Source: Felis catus
Lineage: Eukaryota
DNA: 64,000 bases
Assembly: GCF_018350175.1 (NCBI RefSeq)
Contig: NC_058368.1
Span: 19,718,001 to 19,782,000, forward strand
Direction of reading: 5' to 3'
The notes beneath the pieces are model-generated. The model was not told where the DNA came from, did not search any database, and saw nothing but the letters and a program-made list of their open reading frames with translations. How positions within the stretch are numbered: the first letter of the stretch is position 1; each line of letters opens with the position of its first letter. Below, piece by piece: positions 23,404 to 34,870 of the stretch. The position numbers were made by a program, and so were the translations under genes.

Positions 23404-24689
23404 ACTCTCCTTTGTATTCTTAATAAACAATGTCACACAACACTGCTTATTTACTACATGTGCTTTCCTTCCTTTTGAGTCGTGATCCCATCTTTATCAT
23501 ATACCAAATTCTCGTTAAGTTGCTTCTGTCTGTTCCACGGATCTGACTACTAATTATTATGTTCTATGTTCTGTTATGTTCTAATTATTCGCAGTATATT
23601 TTACTATCATCTAGAGCAAGCCCCAGCTCATTAGTTTTATTTCTACAACATTTCAACCCACAAGATTGATCGGTGGGGTTGAGGAGCCCCCCTCCGCCGC
23701 CCACACCCAGAAGGATTCTGGAGCCCTGGCGAGGTTCTTGGTCTTCGGCTGCCCTAGAGAGTCTCAGGAAAGAGAATGCATGAGCCCAAAAGTCAGAGGT
23801 CATTTGCCCATTGGCTTTTGGTTTTCTGCCAGGTATCCGAGGCTGCTTTGGATGAGGCCCCAAAACCACTTGGTGCTTGGATCTCCCCAACTGCCATGGG
23901 GGTAGGGGCGTCTGGGCTGCTGTGGCACTCAGGGCGGGGCCAAGCCTTCCCTGGGCTCGGCAAGGACTGCTCCCCTGGTCTCTCTGTCCCAGTCTAGGAA
24001 GTCAGCGTTGTGCTTGGAACGCCTCCTGGCCTGTGGGGCGGGAGCCTCATCTGATTACCTAGCTGGGATTCAGCCGTTGTTTTTAAAGGAGTTCTACCCG
24101 GCCCTCATTTAGGGGAATTTTACAAACAAAATCCCAAAGAAGCACCTTCATTCTTTTAATGAGCGGAGGCCCCAGTGCCCACACCCAGGTCCTCCCCGCT
24201 GTAAAGCAGGTGCTCTCATTGTGTCCCCAGGGTGGTAGGCAAGAGCCTCCCTCGATGTGACTGCAGGGAGCAAATTCAGTCATCTTGCACCAGAAACACT
24301 GGTTTTGCCTGTGCACCTTGGGGCTTGGACCTTGGATGGCCTGGGGAGGATGAGGAAGTGAAAAGGAAGCCTTTTCACTTCTGTGTGAGCAACGTGGAAC
24401 CTTTGGACAGGTGACCGGGACTCCTCCCTCAGGTGGATCCTTCCCGTTAGCATTCATAAATGTCCATTTCCGTGTCTAAAAATGACAAGCACAATAACTT
24501 TGCTAGACTCCACGTTATGGCGACTAGCTGTCTGGATTTCCGCGGGACTAAGTGCGTTCCCAGCATGGAGGACTTTCAGTGCCAAAGCTGGGGGAGTGCT
24601 GGGCAAGCTGGGATGAGTCCCTGCTCCACACCCTGCTCCTCCTCTCCTTCCCTGCTGCTGGCCTCTCTCTTCCCTTCCTCCCTTCCCAT

Positions 24690-25965
24690 TCACCCGAAAC
24701 CACTCCATCCTGGCTTTCTCCCCAACCGTTGGTGACCCTCGCCAAGGTCACCTGTGACCCTTGTGTTGCCAAACCCAGAGGATGTGCCTCCGTTCTCAGC
24801 CTGCCTGACTCCCAGCAACACTTGCCGTGGCTGTCTGGGCTCACGGGGAACACTGTCCACATGGGCTCTGTGACTCCACTCCTGTGTCTGCGGCCCCTCC
24901 CGTCCCTGCTCAGTCCTCCCCAAACTCCTGAGCTGGCTGCAGTTTCTCTGCGTGACCTTGAAATGCGGCAGTCCCTCCCAGCCCAATCCTGGCCTCCTCT
25001 TTTCTCCCCCTGCACTCTCTGTGAGAATCTCACCCCTGGCCGTGGCCCCACGTGCTGTCACGTGCCCTGGTCCCCCAGTGGTCTGCATGCAGCCCAGGTC
25101 TCTCTTCGGAGCTCCCAGCTCGTGTCTCAAATGCCTCATACTCAGCACGTCCAAAATCCACGTGTTAGTCTCCCTCACTGATCTCTTCCTCCTCTCGTTG
25201 AGCCAACCTCAGTGGGTGGCATGACCGTCCACCCTCTTGCTCATCCTTGACACCTCCCCTTCCTCCCCTCCTGTATGTAGTTGATTTGAATGAGTCTCCA
25301 TCACATGCCTCCAGTCTGTCTGCCTCTCTTTATCTCCACGCTACCACTGCCCAAGCACCTCGGTCACTGAGACGCAAGCAGTAATACTAGGGCTCCCAGT
25401 GCCCTCTCATGCCCTCCCCCACCCTTGGTGGCTTCCTCCACAAAGCTGGCAGAATGACCCTTAAAAATGCAAATATGTTTCATTCTGCCTCAGATCAGCC
25501 CTTGGTGTCATTAGAGCTCCGTGTCGTTGGCGTTGGCCTCCAAGGCTCCAGCCTTACCAGGCCTCACTCTCCACCTCGCTCACACAGCTTCAGCCCCCTT
25601 GGTTGAGCCCTGCAGCCTCAGGGCCTCTTTGCCCAGGCCGTGCTTCACACCGGAGCACCCTCCTCCCCGCCCTCACCCCTTCCCAACACCCTTACAGCTT
25701 GTTCCCACCTCTCCTGTAAATCTTAGATGCCACCTCATTGCTAACGTGGGCCCCCACACCACTCCCACACCGCCTCATGTGCTCGTGACGGCCTGCACAC
25801 ACTCTCCCATCACGGCACCTACCCGAACAGTGAGTGTGAGTTAATTACGAAACAGCCTGCTTACGCTTGGTGAGCGCGAAGGCCGGGGGCCCTCACAGTA
25901 CCCCTCGTACTTAGCGCTGGGGCTGCCATTGAGCAGGCCCTTGATAAATACTCACTGAATGAACG
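24690..25965 (+). mobile_element. L2 LINE 3' region, degraded
   Basis: ccttgtgttgccaaaccca, cagcacgtccaaaatcc, and 3' end ataaatactcactgaatgaac. Confidence 0.65.
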
Positions 25966-27019
25966 GAACTGGATGGGGAGGATGAGTTGAGGTTGGGGGC
26001 AAAGGGAAAAGTCTGACTCCCCCTCACTGTGGTCTGACCCCAAACCAAGAATACCCCCTAAGAGGCTGACAGCATGAATGCCTCCTGGTGCCTCGTTTTC
26101 TGCAAGAACCTGTGCGGCTGGCTTCCCCGGGTTGTATGACCTTTGAAACAGTCTTTATGCGACGTGTAAGGTCAGTGTGTGAGGCTCCCAGGAGCACGAC
26201 GGGACATTTTATTACCGCACAAGTGGAGAAGTACCAGATGGGATCCACCAGGGCAGGAGTCCGCTCCTTTAAAATCTGCACCAGTAACCTCCCAGAACCA
26301 GAGCAAAGTTCTTTGTCCAGTGGGTAGTCCAGCTGGTGGCAGATATCCCCGGGCTCATAACCAGCGTGGCTCTATTCAAGCTGGCTTTGCAGGTTTCCGA
26401 ATAGAAACACCTGTCAGTTTTCCTGTGCTAAAATGTAAAATTTACAATACGGTTTTCTCATCAAGCAATAACTAACTTTAATGCTATTCAAATATATCAA
26501 ACTCAGGATATTTTATGATTTTAGGAGCAGCACGATTTCTTTGAGGTGTAATTGATGTACAAGATCATATTAGTTTCAAGTGTAATGAATTTAATATTTG
26601 GATGGGAATGTGGTTTTATAGTAAGGCTTTAAGGGAGCGGTACATCTCTCCTTCAGCATCACCCAGACGTGACACAGCTTTACATCCCTTCCTAATTAGC
26701 TTATAGAGAGAGCTTTGCTTCAAGTCATGTACCCATGTAATAAAGGTCCTTGTTGCCATATTTAGAAGACTATGTCCAACATAAATTCCACTCCCAAATC
26801 TCTTTCTTATAATGAACCTCCATCAACATAATGAGTTCCTTGGAAGGAAGGCATTGTGTAAATTAAAAATACTAATGAGTCATAATGATAATGAATTATT
26901 TTTCTTATTACTGGGAGCAGGACTAACCTTGGGCACATTTTCCAGTATCTGACGGTGCCTTCCCTACACCCAGGATTGCCTCCCTTAAAATATCTCCTTC
27001 CTTCTTCCCCTTTTTTTCC

Positions 27020-27135
27020 TTTCTTTCCTTCCTTCCTTCCTTCCTTCCTTCCTTCCTTCCTTCCTTCCTTCCTTCCTTCCTTCTTCCCTTCCCTTCCCTT
27101 CCCTTCCCTTCCCTTCCCTTCCCTTCCCTCCTTCC
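27020..27135 (+). repeat. (CCTT)n/(CCCTT)n polypyrimidine microsatellite
   Basis: Direct reading. Confidence 0.95.
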
Positions 27136-27354
27136 ATTTTTTGCATCAAAACTCTGAATCCCCCAAATGTCCCTGATCCTATCTGGTCAGTCTTGGAGGA
27201 AAGGAAGTTACCAAACTGGTCTACACTCAAATGAGTGACCAAAAGCACCCACTAGCCATTTTCAACAGTGCCCTAGCAGTACCTGGATACTGTTATTTTG
27301 AAAGGTAGCTGATTAGCACAGAGGAACTGGCAGACTTCCTGGTTGAGACAAGCT

Positions 27355-27530
27355 GTGTCTTAAGGATTGTCAGGTTACAAGTAACAGGAACCCACTCAAG
27401 CTGAATAGTCAAAAAGAATTTGTTGGTGGGCTACAGCACAGTCCTCACAGAACTCTGTGGCAGAGGCACAGCTGGGCTTTGGGGGCGTCAGGGACAGGAC
27501 AGGACTGCTATGAGGAACTAGGGTAAACTT
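27355..27530. mobile_element. MLT1 (J/K-like) LTR fragment
   Basis: aggatt..ggttacaagtaacaggaacccactcaagctg..aaaaagaatttgttgg. Confidence 0.5.
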
Positions 27531-28684
27531 CTCCCTTCTCTGGGACCGTTGTCCACAGACTCATCACGACTGCTTCACTCTCTCCCCTTCTGCAGACAGA
27601 CTCGCTCTGCTTTTCCACGCACACTGGCCAAATATGGCACCACTGAGTCAACCTGCACTCGGTTCCAGGGTTCTGTTTCCACATTCTTGGGTGAGGGGGG
27701 CTCGAGGCCAGTTGGGACAAACACAGTGCCTGGCCCAGGGTAACAACTTCATTATGTGTTTGTTGATTTAGACAGGATGCGGGCCCGCCCCTCAGGGAGG
27801 GGGATGGGGTACCTCTCCACAAGAAGTCTACTACATCAGGCCAACGAGTTTTTTGTTTTTGTTTTTTGGGTTTTTTGTTTGTTTGTTTTTTGCTTAATTC
27901 AGTTGGAAGCCCAGGATGTTGAAGAGCTTTGGGAGAGGAGAATGACATTGGCTCACGTTGGGGGTGGGGATTAGCAACAGGCCTGTGATGGGATCTGGAC
28001 AAGTGGGGCAAAGAGCTCCCGGGGCCAAGTTCATCCTCAGGGAATAATACTTGCAAACAATGGGATACCTTCCCACTCCCTTGGCACCTGTGTTGCCTGG
28101 GACTCAGCCGGGGTTTAATGAGTCAAGAAAAGGGGGATTTGCCAATTTGTTTTCCACTTCGCATGCACTTGCTGGGAACTTGGATAAGTCACCGGACCTC
28201 TTTGGGAGTCTCCTGATTCCAGTTCTTTTAATAAAAAATTATACACATGCACACATACAAACACATATACACACATACATTACTTACATACTTTTATGTT
28301 ATTCTTTTAGCAGATTATTATCGTGTTTCCCTTTGCTGTCCTGAAGTTACTCGGGAAGGGCCTCCAAAACCTGGCTGGGAGGCTCAAGGATTATAAATCG
28401 CTTGTGGCCAGAAAGAGAGATGGTTCACCTCCTTCTCGGGGAGGAGAAATGCGTGCTGTGTGTGAAGAGCTACATATGTTCTTTGTAGTGATGAAGCTGG
28501 TGATCTGGGAGGCAGAAAGCGCACAGAAGCAAATGATGTATCAGATCTGCTCCTTTGGGAGCGGGTGGGCGTGGGAGAAGGTCAAGGAAAGACCCGTTTT
28601 GTGCACTTGGGTTGAGGGAGAGCTTCAAAAGATAGAAAAACCCTTGGAGGGCCTGTGGCTAAAAACTGTGGATCTCCAGGAGTT

Positions 28685-28984
28685 TTTCTTTTTAAGTTTA
28701 TTTATTTATTTATGTTTTTAAAGATTTTTTTTCAAGTTATTTTTTTTAATATTTATTTTTGAGGCAGAGACAGAGCATGAGCAGGGGAAGGGCAGAGAGA
28801 GAGAGGGAGACACAGAATCCAAAGCAGGCTCCAGGCTCTGAGCTGTCAGCACAGAGCCCGACGCGGGGCTCGAACTCACAAACTGTGAGATCATGACCTG
28901 AGCCGAAGTTGGACGTTCAACCTGCTGAGCCACCCAGGCGCCCCTATTTATTTTGAGAGAGAAAGGGAGTGTGAGCTGAGGAGG

Positions 28985-29032
<48 letters not shown>

Positions 29033-29533
29033 CCCAAGCAGGCTCCATGCTGTCAGCATAGAGCCTGATGTGGGTTTGACCTCATGAACTGTAGGATCAC
29101 GACCTGAGCTGAAATCAAGAGTTTGACACTGATGAAATAAGCCAGTCAGGAAAAGACAGAAATCATGTTTTCACTCATATGTGGAATTTGAGAAACTTAA
29201 CAGAAGACCATGGGGGAAGGGAAGGAAAAATAAGTTACAAACAGAGAGGGAGGCAAACCATAAGAGACTCTTAAATACAGAGAACAAACTGAGGGTTGAT
29301 GGTGGTGGTGGGGGGGGAGGGAGGCAGAGAGGGGAAAATGGGTGATGGGCATTGAGGAGGGCACTTGTTGGGATGAGCACTGGGTGTTGTATGGAAGTGA
29401 TGAATCACGGGAATCTACTCCCGAAGCCAAGACTACACTGTATACACTGTATGTTAGCTAACGTGACAATAAATTAAAAAAAAAAAAAAAAAAAGAGCTG
29501 GACGCTTAGCCAACTGAGTTACCCAGGCGTCCC
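28685..29533 (-). mobile_element. Older Can-SINE split by a younger SINE (28718-28943) and an L1 3' fragment (29131-29492)
   Basis: The host SINE body reads ...gaaatcaagagtttgacact, then the L1, then aagagctggacgcttagccaactgagttacccaggcgtccc. Confidence 0.85.
29131..29492 (+). mobile_element. Carnivore L1 3' UTR fragment with poly(A), 5'-truncated
   Basis: gaaataagccagtcag..ttcactcatatgtggaattt..gagactcttaaatacagagaacaaactgagggttg..aataaattaaaaaa; diverged TSD. Confidence 0.9.
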
Positions 29534-31509
29534 TCTCCAGGAGATTTTAAAAAGCACCTACCACTTGGCTGTGCCCTAGAGGAGAGTATCTGGCAGGATG
29601 AATGGCCCAGCCAATCTTCCTGCAGCAGACTCTGTTAACGTTTAAATTGGCAGCTCTTTCTGCCCACTGGACCTGTCCTCCCCATGCTTTAATAAAACTA
29701 GCTTTTTGCACCAAAAAAAAAAAAATAATAAATAAAAAAAGAAAGAAAAGAAAAAAAGAAAAAAAAGGTTCAGGTGTATTCTCACAGGGGATGAAACAGC
29801 CAACAAAACACACAACATCTATCTCCCAGGTAGGGAGAGGAGGTGCAGACAGGCTCACCCTGGCTCTCATCCGTCCAAGTCCAAGGCGAGGAGAGACGAG
29901 GTGTGCCCGGACAGGCAGGGTGAGCAAGCCCGGCCCTCAGCCTGGCTGGGTGCGGGCAGCGGGGCCTCTCAGAGGAGGGGGCTGCAGGCCTGCCGTGTGG
30001 AACCTCTTTCTAGCATTCATTTCCTTTGCTCAGGAGTCATTTATGACAATCCGTCCGTGGCAGGCCGATGGGGCAGATAGCTTTTGGCAGAAGGCCTTTC
30101 TCCTTCTCGCAAATGAAATCACACGGAGAGCCACTGGCAGTGAATACAAAGGAAGTGTCTGAGGCCACTGGATGGAGGGGAACAGCTGTTGGAGCCCGAG
30201 TCCTCAAGAGACTTCAGAATCCACAGACTCACAAGGCAGGACCCTCCAAAAATAAACTGGGATGTGGACAATGAAGAATGCTGTCTGGGATGGAAGTCAA
30301 AACCCGGAATTACCAATGCTGATGCAGAAACGAAGTAACAAGCAAACGTGCACTGAGAGCCCTCCGGTCCACACACGCATTTTATTTCTCCACAGAACCC
30401 TCTGACCCTAGGAAGTGGGCTGGCCAGCGGTCTCCCCTCTACAAGAAACCAAGGCCGAAATTGCCATGGTGGCTTGCCCACGGTCCCATCGCTGGTGGGG
30501 GCCCAAATCCAGGCTCCCGGCGCCCACCCCGGTGCCCCGTCCGTGGTGCGAGGCTGCGCCCGCGGGCTTGGGTGCTGAGCGGGGCGCTGCCAGGGTGGTG
30601 CATCCAGCACTGGGTGGAACTGGTCAAGCAGAAACCCCCAGGAGTGGCCCAGAAAAGAGCCCAGGGCCCTGGCACTGGTAACCCTTACTTGTTCTCACCT
30701 CACGTTGAAAAACAATACAGATGGGCACGAGGACAGGCAAACAATAATTCCACCATTCAAAGATAAGCATTTTAAACATTTTAGTGCACCAAAGTATCAT
30801 CCTTGCAGCTATTTCCCGTTTTGATACCTTTGCTCACAGAAATGGGACTCTGCTGTTCCTGCCCTGTTGTAACTTCGCATTCTGTGTATTGTGAATATTG
30901 TTCTGTGTCAGGCACACTTCAACGGCATTTTTCTCATGTTGTTAAAAATGTGTGTGTGTGTATGTTTTATGATTACAGAAATAATCATAGAATTATATGC
31001 TTGTAAACCATTCTAATTCAAATAGTGCAGAAATGGGTAGCAAAGGAAGCCAACGTTTTACTTCATCCCACCCTTGGGACATAAGCAGTATTACTAAATT
31101 TTGTATTTCCTATTCGTCCTTTTCGACGCACAGACCAGACGTGACAGACTTATGTGCACATAGAAACTCTCTGCACACGGTGGGCTCGTAGACTGTTGTA
31201 CACTTTGCGTCTCCCCTTCCTGTAACGTGGGCACCTCCTCCTCCCCGGATGTGGGGCTCTCAGGCATCTTGGCTCCAGTCCGGGGGCAGAGGAAGGTCTC
31301 ACGGGACCCGAGAAGGGAGCAGTAGCAGCCGGGAGCCAGTTACAGCATTTGGATTGAAAACCCTCCGAGGGGAGGGAGACGGCAGCCCAGGCGGCCACTT
31401 GGCATTCGTCAGGCACCCGCCCACCCCTCCTCAGGGCCGCTGGCAGGAAGGGCCCCATGGCACCAGGTGGCTCCCTGCCACCCTCACCGAGCGCTCTGTG
31501 CCTCCCCAG

Positions 31510-31571
31510 GTGTGTGTATCCTCACGAGTGCCCTGATCCCTGCCTCGGAGGAAGAATACGACTCCAGAGCG
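31510..31571 (+). pseudogene. DHRS12: DHRS12 pseudo-exon 6
   Basis: ccccag|GT GTG TGT ATC CTC ACG AGT GCC CTG ATC CCT...AGA GCG|gtgagt = VCILTSALIPASEEEYDSRA vs recalled VYILTTGLIPVLEKEHDPRV. 62 bp. Confidence 0.88.
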
Positions 31572-32289
31572 GTGAGTTGAGCTCTTGGGATGTTTTGTGG
31601 GTTTGGCGTTGTTCCTGACAGGAAGCCGGTGGGCCTACATTTGGTCCAGACCCACGGGGAGAGCCAGCTCGTCCGGTGGGCCCACGGGCCTTCTCTTTGG
31701 TCACCTGAAATCAAGCAGTGTTGTGCCAGCCTGGACGGCAGCGAGGTGTGTCTGGAGAGGCGCTGACTGAAGGCTGGGAGGGACCCAGGTCAAGAGGAGG
31801 GTCAGTCCGGTGCTTCTTCCTGAGGACACACGTGCTTAAGGAGCTCCTGGCGTGTGGACTAGGATTCCCGAATGTTCATCCGGGCAGTAGAGGCTTCCTG
31901 GGAACCCGCTCCGAAGAGCACCTTCGCGTCCCCTACTCCTGCCTCCTGCCACGGCCGGTGGCTGCCTGCCGCCCACACACAGCCTACGAATTCCCTGCGA
32001 AAAGGGAGGCGGAACTATGCAACTAGAAACGTTAAAGACTCCAGTCCTCCCCGGAGGCTTTTCCCCATGATCATCTGGGAGTGGGCAGAGCGTCAGGAAA
32101 GGGAGGCCTCTGAAGAGCAGGGCAGCTGTGGGAGGCATTCAGGTCAAGGGTGAGGGGGTGCATTTCCTGGAGAGCATGCTGCTCTGATGAGAGACGACAG
32201 GTTTGTGGAGCCGGTTCTCTCCTAATAGGTTAAAATGACCCGCTCAGAGAAATCAGGGAGAAGGCAGTATATGCAGGCTGCCTTCTCTC

Positions 32290-32757
32290 TGCGGTAGTGG
32301 GCAGAATAATGACCACCTCCCACCCCCCGAGGTCCATGTCCTAATTCCTGGGACCTGTCACTATGTCACCTTTACATGGGGGAAGGGGACCTTGCACAAG
32401 TGACTAAATGAAGGACATTGGGATGGGGGGAGTATCCTGGGTTATCCAGGTGGGCCCAGCATAAGCACGAGGGTCAACAGAAGGAAGGGAGGTGAGTGCG
32501 AGTTGGAGAAGGAGACGGTCTCCTTCCGGGAGAAGAAGAGGTCACTGGGGCAGGGCAGCCATGAGCAAGGAATGCAGGCGGCCCCTGGAAGCCAGGGAAG
32601 GCGAGGCACTGGTCTCCCCTAACACTTGCAGAGCGAACACGGCTCTGTGACACCTCGATTTCAGACCTCCGGCCTCCAGAACTGTAAGAGAGTGCATCTG
32701 TGTGGTCTTAAGCCACTAAGTTTGTGGCCATTTGTTACCACCACCACTGAGAAAATT
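32290..32757 (+). mobile_element. MLT1D-like MaLR solo LTR
   Basis: ggcagaataatg..gtccatgtcctaattcctgg..tatcctgggttatccaggtgggccc..aagccactaagtttgtgg..tttgttac. Confidence 0.85.
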
Positions 32758-32836
32758 AATTTGCTGCTTGGCAGAGAAGAGGAATGGGAAGGTATTGTCC
32801 ATTTTTGCTTATAAACTTCTCTTGTACGTATTGTAG

Positions 32837-32940
32837 ACGACAGTCTCCTTGGGAGGAATGCTGGTTCAGACACTGAATCCCAATGACCTAAGTGAGAAAG
32901 GACGGCACTTAATGGAACTATGGTCTGTGCACAAAACAAA
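32837..32940 (+). pseudogene. DHRS12: DHRS12 pseudo-exon 7 (active-site exon), -1 frameshift, catalytic Y->C
   Basis: ttgtag|TTVSLGGMLVQTLNPNDL..[shift]..ERTALNGTMVCAQNK|gtaagt. 104 bp where 105 is needed. Confidence 0.9.
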
Positions 32941-32975
32941 GTAAGTGACGTGGCTTCCTTGAGACTGCATTTTAT

Positions 32976-33376
32976 GGAGTATTACTTGGTGAGCAAAAAG
33001 AATGAAATCTTGCCATTTGCAACAACGTGGATGGAACTAGAGGGTATTATGCTAAGCGAATGAGTCAGAGAAAGACAAATATGACTTTACTCATATGTGG
33101 AATTGAAGAAACAAAACAAATGAACATAAGGGAGGGGAAGCAAAATATGAAAACAGGGAGGGGGACAGACCATAAGAGACTCTTAAATACAGAGAACAAA
33201 CTGAGGGTTGCTGGAGGGGTGGTGGGTGGGGGGATGGGCTAAATGAGTAAGGGGCATTAAGGAGGACACTTGTTGGGATGCGCACTGGGTATCATATGTA
33301 GGGGATGAGGCACTGGGTTCTACTCCTGAAATCATTCTTACAATAGATGCTAACTTGGATGAAAATTTTTAAAAAA
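32976..33376 (+). mobile_element. Carnivore L1 3' fragment with perfect TSD agactgcattttat
   Basis: aatgaaatcttgccatttgcaacaacgtggatggaactagaggg; TSD at 32962-32975 and 33377-33390. Confidence 0.92.
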
Positions 33377-34807
33377 AGACTGCATTTTATTAATGTGCCA
33401 CACGGGCCCTTTTCCACAACAGGTTTATTGTAGAATGTACATTGATTCGGATCCTAGTAGTTGACGGCATGCCCTGCAAAGTTCCTGGCACAGCGGGAGT
33501 CCTCTTCATGAGGGGCCAGGCGTGGCCGTGCTCAGACCAGGGAGGACCTTCATCGTGCTCCTGGGAGAAGCCACAGAGGCTGCCAGCTCTCTTCTCAGCG
33601 TTTCTCAGGCCCACAGAAGAATTGCCGAAGGCTGGCGACCATCCGAACAGGCAGGAGCCTGGCAGAGGCGTCCCTGCCCCGCACGGCTCAGAGAGAGTAA
33701 GGATGGTGAGAGGTCACTCCTCCCTCCTGTGGGCAGCCCTTGGCTCACCGGCCACAGATGTCACAGCAGTGACTGGGTTCCCTGTGCTCGCTTTGGAGGG
33801 CGTGCATGTTCAGTTCTGGAGCACTGAAAGGCAAGGGTCCAGATCTCTTACCTGATCTTAACAGAAACTACAGTCATACCACCGTATCTCAGCGTGTGAC
33901 AGCTATTTCGAAAAGCCCCATCTGTAACTTCCACGTTGACATTCTTGCCCTTAAACTCAACTGGGGGGGCTCCCTCGTTGTCTGTGAAGCTGCCGGCACC
34001 CATCAGCTCCCCTGTCATTGGTGCTGTCTGTCTCTGAAGGCCTCCCTGCCCAGTGCTCCCCCACTCCACCTCTGTCCTCCGCGTGCCCCGAGTATGTCCC
34101 GCTTTTGCTCGCTGATCTGCGGACCGTTGCTGGTGGATTACTTCTCAGGCCTCGAAATCCTGATGTTTCAAAGAGCCATACTTCTTCCCAGTTTTCCCAG
34201 GGGGCATGGGGATAAACCAGTCTCTCATTACAAAAGAGGCCTGGATGGAGTTCTTTGCGAAACATAAGCAAGCTGCCCTGGGATTGGGCAACAGCGGAGA
34301 TACAGCTGAGGCTCCCGTGCAGGGTGTGCTCTCCAGGCATGTCCAGCGTGTGGCCCACGCCCTAAGATGGGAGTTAACTCACATATTAGTGGGCAGCCCG
34401 CTCAGTGCCAGCCTGTGCCGGGGGCCTGAGGTCCCACAGCCAGCAGGGCAGATCCTGCCCTCGCCCAGCCTAGGTACAGCGAAGGCTAGAGTGGCATGAC
34501 CCCCTTGGGAAAGGGGCAGATCTTGGCACTAATTTCACAGGGAGGGGCTCAGGAGGCCCAGGCAGCGTGCAGCATGACTTCCTTCATTGTCATGGTCACT
34601 CTCTTATGCTCCTTCCACCTCCTGAGGGGGGGCCAGGGTGCAGCCCTGGGTTCCAGGGAGGCGTCCATAAAGGGCTGATCAGGAGGACCGGGAAGCGACA
34701 TCTGTGCACACTGCTGTCCCAAACGAGGCTTGTGGGATGAGCGCCTGCAGCCAGCTCCCTTGCCTCACACCTGAGGGCGCCTTCTCTCTCCAGTCTCCCT
34801 GGTCCAG

Positions 34808-34870
34808 AGGCGGCGGAGGGTTCTGAGCGGGGGACCCGAGGGCACCTGGCTCCATTGCTCATCGTGCCAG
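34808..34870 (+). pseudogene. DHRS12: DHRS12 pseudo-exon 8, eroded by deletions
   Basis: Pyrimidine tract + ccag|AGG CGG CGG AGG GTT CTG ..AG CGG GGG ACC CGA GGG CAC CTG GC.TC CAT resembles RQQVVLTERWAxGHPAIH. The 3' part (HPGWADT) is missing, and CCAG is followed by gaagg (no GT donor). Confidence 0.65.

Noticed and set aside
24552..25181. 209-aa ORF and overlapping antisense ORFs
   Set aside because: They lie in a degraded L2 element; low-complexity translation.
29602..30162. 186-aa ORF with a poly-Lys/NLS-like run
   Set aside because: The Lys run is the translation of an A-rich tract; no splice or domain support.
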